In this document: positions 37,901 through 50,768 of the stretch, piece after piece
How the letters are laid out: each line of letters opens with the position of its first letter
Position numbering within the stretch: position 1 is the stretch's first letter
Assembly (NCBI GenBank): GCA_964276515.1
Contig: OZ193909.1
Coordinates: forward strand, 992,001-1,056,000
Length of the DNA: 64,000 nucleotides
From: Gordius albopunctatus
Taxonomy: Eukaryota
Direction of reading: 5' to 3'
The notes under the pieces: model-generated
The model's input: the letters and a program-made list of their open reading frames with translations, nothing else
What the model was told of the DNA's origin: nothing
Database searches by the model: none
Translations under genes and position numbers: made by a program

Positions 37901-40900
37901 GTTGGGTAATAAAATGTAGTTTAACCTTGGCATATAAATAGTGCACTATAAACCCCGTATCGTATCTAAATCTATTACGCTTGGATATTTGATCCTACGT
38001 CGGTCCCAAGTCCGTGTGCAAAAAGTGGAGGGTTGGCGTCAGGTCGGAAACCGGCTATAAAAATCAACTCCAAAATTTATGATAGTTTCAAACGAGATTT
38101 TACAAGAAAAGGCTAGGGCGTCCTCCACAAACGACGCGCACTGCATACCCCGCCCGTGCAATGTGAAAAATACACTAGGGTTACTGCCTAACTCACAACG
38201 AAGGCGGTTAAAGAAACTAGTTGTGGAAAGAATGCGAATTACTTGCTGGAATGTGGAAACGTTAACGGGGAAGAGCATCGAGGTCGCACAGATGTTAAAA
38301 AGATGAAAGGTACACATCGCCTGCCTACAAGAGACGAGGTGGAACGGAACGAAAGCTCGGGAATTAGGAGAAGGATACAAGCTTTTCTACAGTGGGTCAC
38401 CAAATCGTAGAAACGGGATCGGTATCGTTCTAAGCGAATCGTTCAAGGACAAGGTGGTGGAAGTCAAACGTTGTTCCGACAGGCTAATGTGGGTGAAGAT
38501 TGCGGATCAAGGGGGCCACCTAACCGTTATGTGCGCGTATGCTCCCCAAATTGGGTGTTCGGAATCAGAGAAAGACATATTCTTCGATTCATTGGAAAAG
38601 GAAATACAAGGAATCCGACAGGAAGAAAGGCTAATTATTGGGGCCGATTTCAACGCTCACGTAGGGAAAGATCGCCTCGGGTATGAACGCAATCATGGAG
38701 GCTATGGGCATGGTCTGAAGAACAAAGAAGGGGAAAAACTTCTCCAAGTATCCCAAGCATATGACATGGCGATCGTTAACACCTATTTTCAAAAGCGTGA
38801 AGATCATATTGTGACCTATAGAAGTCGGAAGAATTTTAGTCAAATTGACTATTTGCTTATACGGCGAAAGGACTTATGGAGTATCAAGGATTGCAAAGTA
38901 ATACCGGGAGAAGAAATCGCCAGGCAACATCGTCCCCTTGTTATGGATCTTGACAGAAGAGTATTTCCCGAAAGAAGAAAGGTATATGAACCTCGAATTC
39001 GATACGAAAGGCTAAAGGATACGTCGACGAACGAACATAACCATCAAAAAGCCTCCTCACTCTTGGGTGCAAGGAAGTTGCAAAGTGACGTAGACGAAGA
39101 TTGGGAAACGCTATCTAAGGACATTAAGTAAACAGCGTTTCGTGTTCTAGGACAGACCAAAGGAGGCAAAGCTATGAATAGGGAACTATGGTGGTGGGAT
39201 CAATCGGTTAAAGATTTCATCGAAATAAAGAAAAATCTATATAGACGGTGGCTTAAATCAAAAAAGTCGGAGGATTATCAAGAGTACAGGGACGCAAAGA
39301 GGGCCGCAAAAAAGGCCGTTGCAAAAGCGAAGAATGCTGCGTACACCGAGATGGCAAACAAACTGGATCATAAAGGGGGCGATAGGCTTATGTACAAATT
39401 GGCCAAGATAAGGGAGAAGAAAAGTCGAGATGTCGGAGTTCTTAAAATAGTCAAAAGCGAGAAGGGTCAAACCTTATTCAAGCCGAAGGAAGTGATGGAA
39501 AGGTGGAAAGGATATTTTAAGAAACTTATGAATATTGCAAATGACAAGTATTCCCTTCCCGAAATTGAGCCAAATATAAGTATGGTCGAACTCTTTCAGA
39601 AGGATGAAGTTAGGACACAAATGAACAAGATGCAAAAAGGAAAAGCAAATGGCCCAGATGGAATACCTATGGAAGCATTGCTCGGATGTCGTGAAGAAGG
39701 AGTCACCACAATGACGAACCTCCTTAACAAGATATTGGTAGAAGAGCGAATCCCTAATCAATGGAGAGCAAGCACGATTATACCCTTATTCAAAGGAAAA
39801 GGAGACCCTCAGGACTGCGGCAATTACAGAGGTATCAAGCTAACTTGCCACTCCTTGAAGCTTTTGGAAAGGATCTTAGTAACAAGGCTGAAAAACGAGG
39901 TGGAAATATCGGCTAATCAATTCGGATTCGTGGCCGGCAAATCCACAATCGACCCAATCTTCGCCCTAAGACAAATGATGGATAAGTATGGTGAAAAGAG
40001 GAAAGGCCTACATATGGTTTTTATTGACTTGGAGAAAGCTTATGACACGGTCCCCCGCGATTTAATATGGTGGTGCCTGAGGAAACAAAATATCCCTGAC
40101 GCATATATACGGCTTATGAAAAATATCTATGAAGCCTCAAAATCTTGCGTTAGGACGAAAGTTGGAGACTCTAAACCTTTTCGGGTTAATATTAGATTAC
40201 ATCAAGGCTCTGCTTTAAGTCCCTTTTTATTTAATATAATTATAGACACAATAACGAGGGACTTTCAACAGCCATCGCCATGGTGTATGCTATATGCCGA
40301 TGATATAGTACTATGCGAGGAAACAAGGGAGAAGGTATTCGAAGAAGCATAAAAGTGGTCAAAGCGCTTAGCTGGATATGGTTTAAAGGTCAACGATCGA
40401 AAAACGGTATAGATGAAAATGAACGGTACAAGCACCCCATCGCTGGATGACCACCTAAAATACCCAAAAGTAGACAGGTTTAATTACCTCGGCTCTATGC
40501 TACATCAAGAGGGAGGTTGCGCAACTGAAATCAATGCCCGGATTCAAAAAGGATGACTTAAATGGCGAAGTATATCCGGTGTAATGTGCGACAAGAAAAT
40601 GCCAATATGGTTGAAGAGCAAAGCTTACAAATCCATCGTAAGACCGGTGTTACTCTATGGAAGTGAAACATGGGCATTAAACATCACGGAAGGAAAGTTA
40701 TTACAAGCCACGGAGATGAGAATGATACGGTGGAGCTTGGGGTATACTAAGCTCGACCATATGACGAATGACTTTCTCATGACAAAAATGGGTATTCAAC
40801 CTATGGCGGATATGATTAACGAAAATCGGCTAAGGTGGTATGGGCATATACTAAGAAGGGACCCGGATGACGTAAATCGAAAAGTGCTAGACCCCGTGTC

Positions 40901-43900
40901 ACGTGGAAAAGGCAAGTCGATAAAGTTATGGAGAGACTCATCAAAACAAACCCCACCAATGTGGGACCAAATAACTGATAAAGAAGAAGAAGAAGATTTG
41001 ATTGGTGAATGAAACCATTTTTATGCACCGTGTAAAAGCATTAAGGCGGCTAAGATTCCTCCCCCTCCAAGAAACACGACACATGCCCCCCCCCTTTATA
41101 ATTTAGTTAATTTATTTTATGTCTATTAATTGCTATAATTTATTGTTATTAAATTGAGGTAGGTGTTAAGCGACACCCTTTAGGCACAGCTGCAAAATTT
41201 TCTGCAATTTTATGATTTTTTTAACGCCAAAAAAAATTATAAGTTTAAATCAGACAACAAATCATGTCATATATTTTAGCAAAATGTTTAATCTTTTTGC
41301 TTAATTCCAATCATATATTTTTAAACATAGCAAATACAAAACGACGGAATTTTGTATGCATTTAGTTAGTAACCATCTAAAAATATGATTTGCTTGTGTT
41401 TTATGTTTATTATATAAGATAAAATGAAACAATAATAGAAAATCAATATATTCTAGATAATTTAACAAATATAAATTATTATGGAAAAAATGGGGGGTCG
41501 CAAAAAAATTATAAAATATTTGGGGGGGGGGGCCGCGTGTATAAAAAGGTTAAGAACCACTGATTTAAAACACTTCAGCAATAGGGGTTTTTTGATCAAC
41601 AAATATTCAAGAATTTGTTTCAGTATTTTATAATGATTTTGGGAGGAGCATTATAAAATTTTAGCCTTTACTTAAAAACAATTCGGCATTTTTTTTATTG
41701 GTCAGTAGCAAGAGACAGTCTATAAATACATACAAGTCAAAAAAAACGAAAAAAAAGTTCGAATCACATTTTGGCCAATGGTCATTTTTTTATTGGTCAG
41801 TAGCAAGAGACAGTCTATAAATACATACAAGTCAAAAAAAAACGAAAAAAAAATTCGAATCACGTTTTGGCCAATGTTCATTTTTTTCATTGGTCAGTAC
41901 CCAGAGACGGTCTATAAATACATACGAGTCAAAAAAAACAAAAAAAAAATTCGAATCACATTTTGGCCAATGGTCATTTTTTTTATTGGTCAGTAGTACC
42001 CAGAGACGGCCTATAAATACATACGAGTCAAAAAAACGAGAAAAAAATTTCGAATCACATTTTGGCCAATGGTCATTTTTTCCATTGGTCAGTAGCCAGG
42101 GCAAGGTCAAAAAGTCATATTATCCATGGTATTAACAAGAACAAAATATTAATTTAATTAAAAAAAAAATTTTTGTCCTCTCCGGGGATTGAACTCGAAC
42201 CTATAAGTCAGAAAGCCGGTGTAAATACATTGGAGGGTAACGGACGGACACCAAAAAACGAGCCCATAAATTGCATGGCATTTAAAAAAACCAACTAGAT
42301 ACAAAGCTGGTTTTAGATCTGCCTCTAGATCGTTACTGGCAATTATGAAAACCTTCTAAAAGGTTACAAGCTCCTCCACAATGCTTTTTGTAAATTTATT
42401 TCTAGATTTATCAGACAATTTGTATAATTTTTAATAGCCCAGGGTCGGGAAATAGAATTTTGATTGAAAACGCTCGATGTTTTTTAAGGTGACTTATATT
42501 AGTTTCAGATGATAACTTTATAAAAATAATGGTTAGAAAAGTTTCGTAAGTTCTTGGTTATAATATAGCCATACCACAAATTTAACGAATTCTTATTATC
42601 AGGATTAAATTTATAAGATTTTTGTATTTTGTATCAGGTAAACGTTTTCATGACGCACATTCCCAATTACGTGGACGATCAATTAGCCATATACGCGATG
42701 CGACATTCGATCGATTTTGTCACAAAATATACGAATTTTAAGTTGAAATCAGCAGCCCCCGTTCAATTGGCTTCCATCTTTTTTAATTATTACCCACAAG
42801 ATAAACAAGTTCTTTGGCAGGTAAGCATTTATTGATAAATAAATTGGCTGAATTTAATATTTTAAAAATAATCTTTCATTTTCCCAAAACTTTATTATAT
42901 TAGAATCCGTGTATCAACCGACATCATTTCGTTTTGTGGCAGCGCAAGTATGATTGCTACAGAATACCCAAAATACTCATTGTCGGTCCTCAGAAAACTG
43001 GTATTACATCGATTTATAATGTTGCTATCGAAAGTTTTTATTTCTCCCAAAATTGTAAAGCAATTCTTGTTATTATGAATTTTACATTAATGATGTCATC
43101 TTTTATACAGGGACGACCGCTTTACTCACCTTCCTCTTACTCCACCCTCACCTTAGAACCAATATTCCGACCCCTACCTTCGAAGAAGTCCAATTTTTCA
43201 GCAATGATCAGATCTACCAAAAAGGCTTCGATTGGTTTACTTTTATATTTTATAAAAACTATTTAGCTATTAAAGAGATTATACCAGAATCGTTGCTTTA
43301 TATTATAAACCAAATATAAAAAAAATCTACAGGACAGACCGACAGGACATTTTTCCTCGTGATTTCTTTCCTTGTTTAATTTGCGGCAATTGATACGATT
43401 TCAAACAAACTAGTATAGTATTAAAACTAAATTATACACTTGGTAATAGTTCGACTTTTAGGTGTCCCCTAAGTGTAAAAGCACCTGACCAACTGAGCAA
43501 TTTTTAATTTGACATTTCAGTAATTTACAGGTATCTGGATATCTTCAAGTTGGAGACTTCGTTTCCATACATGAATATGCGAGCCGAAGACATATCTTTC
43601 GTGGAAAAATCGGCCACTTATTTCGATAGCACATCCTCACCCGATCGAGCCTACGCCCTCATTCCCTACGCCAAAATCATAACCATTCTTCTAGATCCCA
43701 TCGATAGAGCTTACTCTTGGTACCAAGTAATAATCATACTCCATTCTTCAAATCAACCATAAAATCATTTTTTGGAAATTTTCATATTTAAAACTAAATT
43801 TGTTGAATTATTTCATATATATATGCATATATATTAATCATTGTAGCACGTTAAAAGTCACGGACATCAATTGGCTATGGCCTACACATTTCACGAAATC

Positions 43901-44777
43901 ATAACATTTGGGCCTAGCCTTAATGAGACAGATTATTCCGCCATTATAAAGTTGCGCCAACGCATCATGAGTCCCGGCTTTTATTCTCACCATCTAAAAC
44001 GATGGTCCGTCTATTACCCACCTAATCAGGTGAAATTTTAATTTAGTAATAGAAAATGTAATATCATAAATTTTTTAGCCATATTTTTTAATGGATCTAA
44101 AAACATTTATAAACTTCTTAAAATTTAATCTTTGCTAAAATTTTATAATAAATTATTGTTAATTAGATTTACGTGGTTGATGGGAATCAATTTAAAATCG
44201 ATCCAAGACCAATTATGAGTGAATTGCAAACTTTTTTGAATCTCCCAAACCTAGTCGACTATCAAAACGCGTTGAAGTAATTAATTATTCACTACCAAAC
44301 GATTTTTAAAAACTCGGCCATGATTTTTATAATTTAATTTTTTTAATGCCAAATAACTTTATGGACCTTTTTATAACTAAGATACGACCAAAAGAAAAAG
44401 TTTTATTGTCCTCTGGTGAATCCAGGGGTCTCGAACGAACAAACTAATTGCTTGGGGCAAGGGAAAGGCAGAAATTACGAACCCATGGAAAATAGGACCT
44501 GGATAAATTTAAGAAATTATTTCAAGTTTAATTGCTAAATATTAGCCATAATATGTATTATATTAAGACAAGAGGGGCATCTGCACCACCGCCCTTTCCT
44601 AAATTCAAATATATAAAATATATAGTTTACATTTTAGGTAATTTTATTTACATAAAATATATTTGAAATAGACCCTACGATGCTAAGTTGTACAAATGGT
44701 TAAGGCATAATAACAAAAAAGTTCCTTTGTGGTTACAAAATAGAATAAAAGAGTCAACCACAAATGTTCCAAGCTAA
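19995..44777 (+). CDS. NDST: Bifunctional heparan sulfate N-deacetylase/N-sulfotransferase (sulfateless-like), 16 coding exons, about 1003 aa
   Basis: Exons with GT-AG sites and consistent phase: 19995-20396, 21252-21515, 21958-22144, 22653-23113, 23576-23702, 24643-24758, 33060-33242, 35660-35788, 42638-42820, 42904-43000, 43111-43234, 43531-43726, 43847-44029, 44167-44276, 44382-44525, 44672-44777 (3012 nt). N-terminal TM anchor; [77 protein letters not shown] at 44995. Confidence 0.93.
20447..20622. mobile_element. Short MITE, family A (TIR TAGTGTTGTAAAA)
   Basis: TIRs at both ends; related copies at about 19028, 24240-24438, 33258-33444, 33650-34137, 47580-47622, 59520-60668. Confidence 0.7.
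27072..29571 (+). mobile_element. Autonomous-looking hAT (hobo/Hermes/Ac-family) DNA transposon
   Basis: Perfect 12-bp TIR TAGAGACCTGCA, perfect 8-bp TSD GTTGGCAG (27064-27071, 29572-29579), GGGCC subterminal repeats. Confidence 0.95.
27299..29347 (+). CDS. hAT transposase, 6 exons, about 617 aa, open after splicing
   Basis: Exons 27299-27494, 27537-27914, 27955-28131, 28172-28394, 28429-28967, 29007-29347; BED finger [44 protein letters not shown]. Confidence 0.88.
30069..32005. mobile_element. Non-autonomous hAT element
   Basis: TIR TAGAGATCTGCA, TSD CTTCCGAT (30061-30068, 32006-32013), GCCCG subterminal repeats. Confidence 0.9.
30612..31502 (-). mobile_element. Internally deleted hAT element nested in the previous element
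   Basis: TIR TAGTGCTGTAAA, TSD GTTAATAC, GAACGCGTTC repeats, minus-strand transposase C-terminal remnant [29 protein letters not shown]. Confidence 0.88.
32590..32700 (-). ncRNA. Candidate structured 5' leader of the RTE element
   Basis: Three complementary segment pairs at the element 5' end (see findings). Confidence 0.4.
33754..33950 (+). mobile_element. tRNA-derived SINE, copy 1, inserted in a family-A MITE
   Basis: GGGGCGTGG head, B box GGTTCAATCC, homologous to 56098-56283. Confidence 0.75.
34315..35603 (-). mobile_element. Internally deleted hAT element keeping 5' transposase exons (BED finger)
   Basis: TIR CAGAGTTGTTAA, TSD CTTCTAAT (34307-34314, 35604-35611), GCGCGCACTCGCACC repeats, [14 protein letters not shown] and [15 protein letters not shown]. 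Confidence 0.88.
35891..36705 (-). mobile_element. Truncated, diverged 3' copy of the 27072-29571 hAT element
   Basis: Same [37 protein letters not shown]; last small intron retained. Confidence 0.9.
37740..40995 (+). mobile_element. Near full-length RTE-clade LINE with several stops, in NDST intron 8
   Basis: [70 protein letters not shown]; (GAA)n tail 40981-40995; 5' boundary approximate. Confidence 0.9.
37941..38038 (+). ncRNA. Twister-ribozyme-like motif, probably degenerate, in the RTE 5' UTR
   Basis: CGGTCCCAAGTCCG...AAAAGTGGAGGGTTGG resembles the twister P4/L4-P2-L1-P1 3' half; upstream P3-like hairpin. Confidence 0.55.
41686..42095. repeat. Tandem repeat, about 96-bp unit, about 4.3 copies
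   Basis: TTGGCCAATG recurs at 41771, 41867, 41963, 42062. Confidence 0.9.
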
Positions 44778-45849
44778 TATAGAAGTCTTACCTCAATGGT
44801 CCAGTTAGAGTACAAGGTACTGTGACAGTAGAAATTTGGGTTTAACGAAACCTGTGATTCCTATACTATTCATAATTATGTATATATTGTCTACTTTTTT
44901 ATAATAATTATTAATATAAAAAAATGAAGCATGCTTTTTACTGTTATAAAAAATTGTAAATGGATTACTTTATACCCAATGATGATGAATTTTTAATAAA
45001 ATGTGATCAAACATATTCTTAAATCCCTTTTCATCTATATAACTTAAGAGTTTTAGTCTAATATTCGTTAAAGAATTTCAAATGCTTTTGATGAAATGTT
45101 TATAAAACAAAGGAATTAACAAACAAAAAACTCGAAGTAAAAGTATTTATTACAATAGACTAGAGAACTGCAAAGTCATTTTTTTCAACCCGAACCCGAC
45201 CCGAAAGCATTTTGAAATTTTCAACCCGGGCCCGACCCGACCCGAAAGCATTTTAAAATTTTCAACCCGACCCGACCCTAAAGCATTTTGAAATTTTTAA
45301 CCCAAACCGACCCGAGTAGTAGAGTAGATAAACAACAACCCGCACTTAATTCCCAGTGTTGAAGAGAAGTAAGGGCGCCCTCAAGTCTGGTGTAATTTGT
45401 CAATGTAAAAGATAGTAGGGATAATTAATTTTGTATATAATTTAAAAAGTAAAAGTGCTACGATAAAAAAATTGTGAATACATTCCTCTCCCCTATCTCT
45501 AAGTATTAAATCTATTAAATAAAATTTTTACCGACTAATTTGCAAGTTATTGACGTTTGAAAAACGCTAAAATCGCGTTTTTGGCAACTTTGACAGCGAA
45601 TATTTAAAAAACTTGATGTATAGGGGGAAAACGTTCACAGTGAAAAACTCTACCAGAATCTGCAAATAGTTCGCAGGTTAATTTCACAAGTCCATTATTT
45701 GTTGACCAGTCTTATTATTAGGGCCATATAATTTAATAAATAATTTTGTTCTAATCTAAAACTTAGATGTATTAACTGATATAAATTAATCAAATCAATG
45801 TAAACTGTTAATTGGAAGTTGAATATTCTCATGTAATTTTACTAAAGTA

Positions 45850-48840
45850 CTAGCTGCGCCCGGGCAAGCGTTGCTTTGGCTTAGTTTCTATTTAGCTAAA
45901 TAAAATTAGTGCGTATTAATAGGAAATATATAAAAGAATTTGGGTCATCTGTAAGAGAGTTTATAATGTAAAAATTATTTTTTTAACTTAATAGGAAAAG
46001 GCATATTTTTTAATAATTAAATAGATTTATAACAATTTAGATATTTATTAGGTAGCGATGTTTAGCGATAATATGCATAATTGGGTGACAAAAGTGTATA
46101 ATTTATAAACCACAGGTGAATAAAAGTCAAGGATAATGGTCGAAAATGCAAAGAAAAATTTTTGTACAGCGTGTATAATAGTGTATTGTCATAACCTAAA
46201 ATCTAAACTAATAAAATGTTCATATTATTAAAAAAGCACCTTCCAATATGATTAAATGAACTGAAAATAATACAAATTTTTTGCGAGTATAATGAAAGCA
46301 AAAAATTATATATGATAAAAAAATTAACAGCAAGCTAAATCTGATCGTAAGTGGCTTTTTGTTGCATGTTGCAACGTTAGCTTTAGAAACATTTGATCAC
46401 ACATAAGGCAAAAGATCACCCTAGTTGTAATTTTGTTTACGATGTAAGTTTACATCGAATAGAGCAGCATCAGATCGATTTGTTGCAGGCCTAGCCAATT
46501 GACTCAAAACTTTGATTCCGATTTATAAGCATATATCTTTAGTAATAACTAAGGTTTTCTTATAGTGTTGTAGCATTTGATTCATGTTAATATTAGGAAT
46601 AGGATGTGCATCACCATTCCGATGAATGATATCTTTTGTCATGTCTGCTTTATATTTATTCCATAAATTGGTAGGATATGATGGAGAGCAGGAGTTCAAT
46701 ATAATTGCAAACAATGCAGGAATTTGTTTTGGATGTGAAGTATGGCTTGCGTCACTAATTCCTTCATACCGTTGATTATCATGGTCTAATAGAAGAATGG
46801 CTTGGCATGCACTGCGGAAAGTGGAATGTGCAACGTGACCACTTTTAACTGATGGAAACACGTTGGACCGCGAACGTTATTTTCATCATGCTAATAAAGA
46901 AACATTCATATAGACTGAGATAAATAGTGTATATTATAGTCGTTCTATCGTATTATCTTTGAATATGTCAGGCCGCTACTCTTCCCTGTTTGCGACGTTC
47001 AAAGGTTATGCTGCGCCAATTCCAGTGTAATAGGTAAGCACTTCGCAATATAGCAGCTTTTGCGCAAAATTATCATCTTGACAGCTTGAAGAACGCTGTT
47101 AACGTTGTATCTGGAGGATTTAAGGCCATATTGGTGACATTTGAATTTTTGAAATAAACCCATTGCCCATTTTCTACATGTACAATTACGTGAATCCTAG
47201 CAGGACCGCGTTCATGTATAGGAAAGGATATAATACGCCATAGAGCTTGATTGTTGCTTATATATCTTCCAGTCTAATACTAAGCGATTTCATCGGTATG
47301 AAGGCTCGCTCTATTCGCAGTGCTATCTAATTGAACGGTATAAAATTTTCATACCACTACCTTTGTTAGTGTGCTAAAAAATGTATTTGATAGATTTAAC
47401 AGAGTTACAATATTCAACATTAATGTACGCTCTGCATAATTTTGATAGCAAAGGACAATATTGAACAGCCAAGCGGTTATAACTTCAGGGATTGAGTTCC
47501 AAAGTTGTATGGTTACCACGTTCCCACCATCTTTGTACAAAGGATATCCAGCATTGCCCTTAATTATGTTGCATACCAAGACCAAAGGTCGACTAAACAA
47601 AACCCAGCCGTTTTTACAACTCTACCACATACCCTTACACTTATAGGGATTTCTGGATATAAGCTGACCCAACCGTCTATCATAAATAGCGATTTTGGAT
47701 AGAATGTTTTGCAAGGACTGTGTTCCATTTTTTACCTAACAATTTTGTACACATCCTTATCTAGTAAACAATCAGGTATTTCAGCACATATTGCATCGTC
47801 GATTTCGTGAATTGATGTTATTATATAGTCATATGAGTGTATGAGCAGTAAAAATCTCTTTGCCATTCCACAAAGTACATCCAGCAAAGCAAAGAGCTAA
47901 ATACCTCATGCTTAACAATGAGATTAATAATTGATTTAAGTTTCTGTCGGAAAACACATGCTCTGATGTCGTGCCTATCGCCTAGTGATTGGCCATAAAA
48001 TAAGAGTTCCTGTGCATCGCGCCAAGCAGGATTGCATGTAAATGTAATAAATAGGTCTGCTGGACGACCGTAGTTAGGAACATTCGCAATTAAATTTTTG
48101 ACGAACCCGGTTGTGTATGAAGACGGCAAAATGGTTAATTTACGAACGTTAATTTTTATTAGCATTGTTAAGAGCTGCATCTCGCAATTTAACATATTCT
48201 TCTGAGCGAAGTTTGGTCTGATTTAAAAGGATGTAGAGCAGATATTCCGATTCAATTTTGGCATATATATTACGATATAATTGACGGCATTTTAAATTTG
48301 ATTTTTTTTGTGCTCTCAAAGCATTATTCTGTATGAATAATAGCTTATAACACTGCATTTTAAGTTTTTCGGTAAACGAATGTCTGCATTTATCATCTTA
48401 ACGTTAAAGTAAGGGTTTTGTATGTGTAATATAAATATTAACAACCGAAGTTCCCAAAAATACAAAAAAACGAAACGTGGAAACGTTTGATAAAGCATGC
48501 TTTATTTTTTTAAAAATGCTGATGTTTTAGGGTATTGAGACTATTAAAACGGGCGTAGTTGAGTAAAATATTAAGACAAAAAAGACAAAGCTATCGTGGA
48601 AAAGAGTTTAAGGTTAGCGATAAATAAGTACAAAAAATGTTGTATATCTCTCGTCCGCTAGATGGCGGTAAGCACTACCAAAAGAAGGGGTTAGAGATGT
48701 CGCAGGTCGATAAAAAATATATATATATCCCATCTAGAATACTAAGGCAATAATCTGGCTAAATTTGGTGGCAATTGGTAGAGAACTTTAGGAGTTATTA
48801 AAGGACAAAGAAAACGGAATTACATTTTTATATAAATAGA
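45850..48840 (-). mobile_element. Deleted Helitron with Rep/helicase remnants
   Basis: 5' TC at 48840, 3' hairpin plus CTAG at 45850; remnants KIESE..LNQTKLRSEEY, ILPSSY, YGRPADLFITFTCNPAW..DRHDI, TFRSAC, LWNKYK. Confidence 0.85.
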
Positions 48841-48843
48841 TGA

Positions 48844-49658
48844 CTAGATGAACCCGGCAAACGTTGTTTTGCCATTTACCCGGGTGTATTAAATTATGTT
48901 GAAATTTTAGGGAATATATGATGACAAAGGGGGGTTATTGAAGTAAAAATGAAGTTTGATAATTTTTAAACAAATAGTTAAAGGGTGTCCAAGGCCCAGA
49001 GCCACCCAAGAGAGAAAACCTGGTCCCATGACCACCCCCAAGGGAAAAATCTTTGGCCCCCTCCCCCTTCAAGCAATTTTTTTTATATTTTTTTGTAATT
49101 AAGAAACAATATCATAATTATAATTATTTGTTTCTCAATAAAACTTTCAATTCTGAACTTAATGTCCGAATAACTGAGATATATCAACATTTATTGGCAC
49201 TTTGTTAAAAGTATTTTCATTTTTCTCCTTATTTAACCCGCAAAAAATGACAAAATCAGATTTTTTAATTTATTTAGCCACGCAGGAGGGGACACGACCG
49301 TCCAATAATAATAATAATTGACGTGAAAAATAAGCAAAAAAATGACTTTGATGATATTTAATGTTTCAAAGCGCGTAAAAAGTTTCCATTTTCCGCAACA
49401 CATGCCTACTGCATTTATCACACTACCTACACTATAGATACGCACACGCAGTACATCATGAGGTTGCGTTTGATTGACGTTTCATTAAACGGCAAAACAT
49501 ATAAAACAAACTAACTCAAAAACTACTGGACCGATTTGGCTGGAACATATCTTAAAACATGCTCCGGAGTGTGGGGAATAAACTGTAAAATTTTGAGCCA
49601 AATCGGTCTGGTAGTTTTTCAAATACATACATACATAGTTTCATTTTTATATATAAGA
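48844..49658 (-). mobile_element. Non-autonomous Helitron
   Basis: Minus strand TC...GGCAAAACAACGTTTGCC hairpin-CTAG; near-identical copy at 61739-62547. Confidence 0.8.
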
Positions 49659-49659
49659 T

Positions 49660-50768
49660 TAAGACTTTCTTGTTAATTTAAGACAAATAAAATTTGGTAT
49701 TAAATATGAAAAAACATTTATTTAAACAGTATAATATTATGCAAATATTACTTTCTTCCAACACATAGCAGAAATGTGTGAATTTTTGGTAGTTGTAATA
49801 TAAATTACCGAACTTCATTAAAATAGCAAGAAAGTACGAAACGTGGGAATGTTTCTTAAAGCGCGCGTTATATTTATTTAAGAAAATAATGATGTTTTAC
49901 GGTATCGAGAATATTTATTTGTTACAGCTTTGTAAAATAAACGGGCGTAGGAGAGTAAAAAATTGAGCCACAAATGACAAACGAATTGTGGGAAAAAGTA
50001 GCACCATAACGATAAATAAGTCTAAAAATGTTGTATCATTTATTCGCTAGATGGCGGTATAGACTACCAAAAAAATAGGTCGATAAAAAGTATATATAAA
50101 CCATCTAAGATGCAGGCAATGATCTGAGCAAATTTGATGGCAATCGGTAGAGAACTTTAGGAGTTATTGAGGTTGTTGAGATCCTATGAATTGTACCCTA
50201 CAATAACAATAAGATTAAAAATTTATTGATATCTGATATTAATCAAAAGGTTGTTGAGATCTATGAATTGTTTGGAGTATTGGAAGAAGGTGGACGTAAT
50301 GACCCTACAATAACAATAAGATTAACAATTTATTGATACCTGATATTAATCAAAAGGTTGTTGAGATCCTATGAATTGTTTGGAGTATTGGAAGAAGGTG
50401 GACGTAATGACGCTACAATAATAAGATTAACAATTTATTGATACCTGATATTATTCAAAAGGTTGTTGAGATCCTATGAATTGTTTGGAGTATTGGAAGA
50501 AGGTGGAGTTGCGGAAGAATACATTCACAACACGATACATACGCAGTATACGTCATAAGGTGGCGTTTGAGTGACATTTAGTAAACGTCAAAACGTCTAA
50601 AACTAAATAACATGACCGTCTTGTGACTTAGAAATTTGGAATATAGTTAAAAACCTAGGCTCAGACCTACCAAGCATTCGCAGAAATTTCCATCTAAATT
50701 GGTCCAGCCGTTTCGGAAGAGTTTAACCACCCAAACCGTGACATGTGAATTTTATATATATAGATAGA
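49660..50768 (-). mobile_element. Third Helitron-derived segment with internal tandem repeat
   Basis: 5' TC end at 50768; shares blocks with both neighbouring Helitrons; about 107-bp tandem units at 50171-50506. Confidence 0.65.

Noticed and set aside
41686..42135. Regular repeats resembling a CRISPR array, with repetitive ORFs
   Set aside because: Whole units repeat with no unique spacers, no cas genes, eukaryotic intron context
50171..50506. About 107-bp repeats as a possible array system
   Set aside because: Simple tandem duplication inside a Helitron
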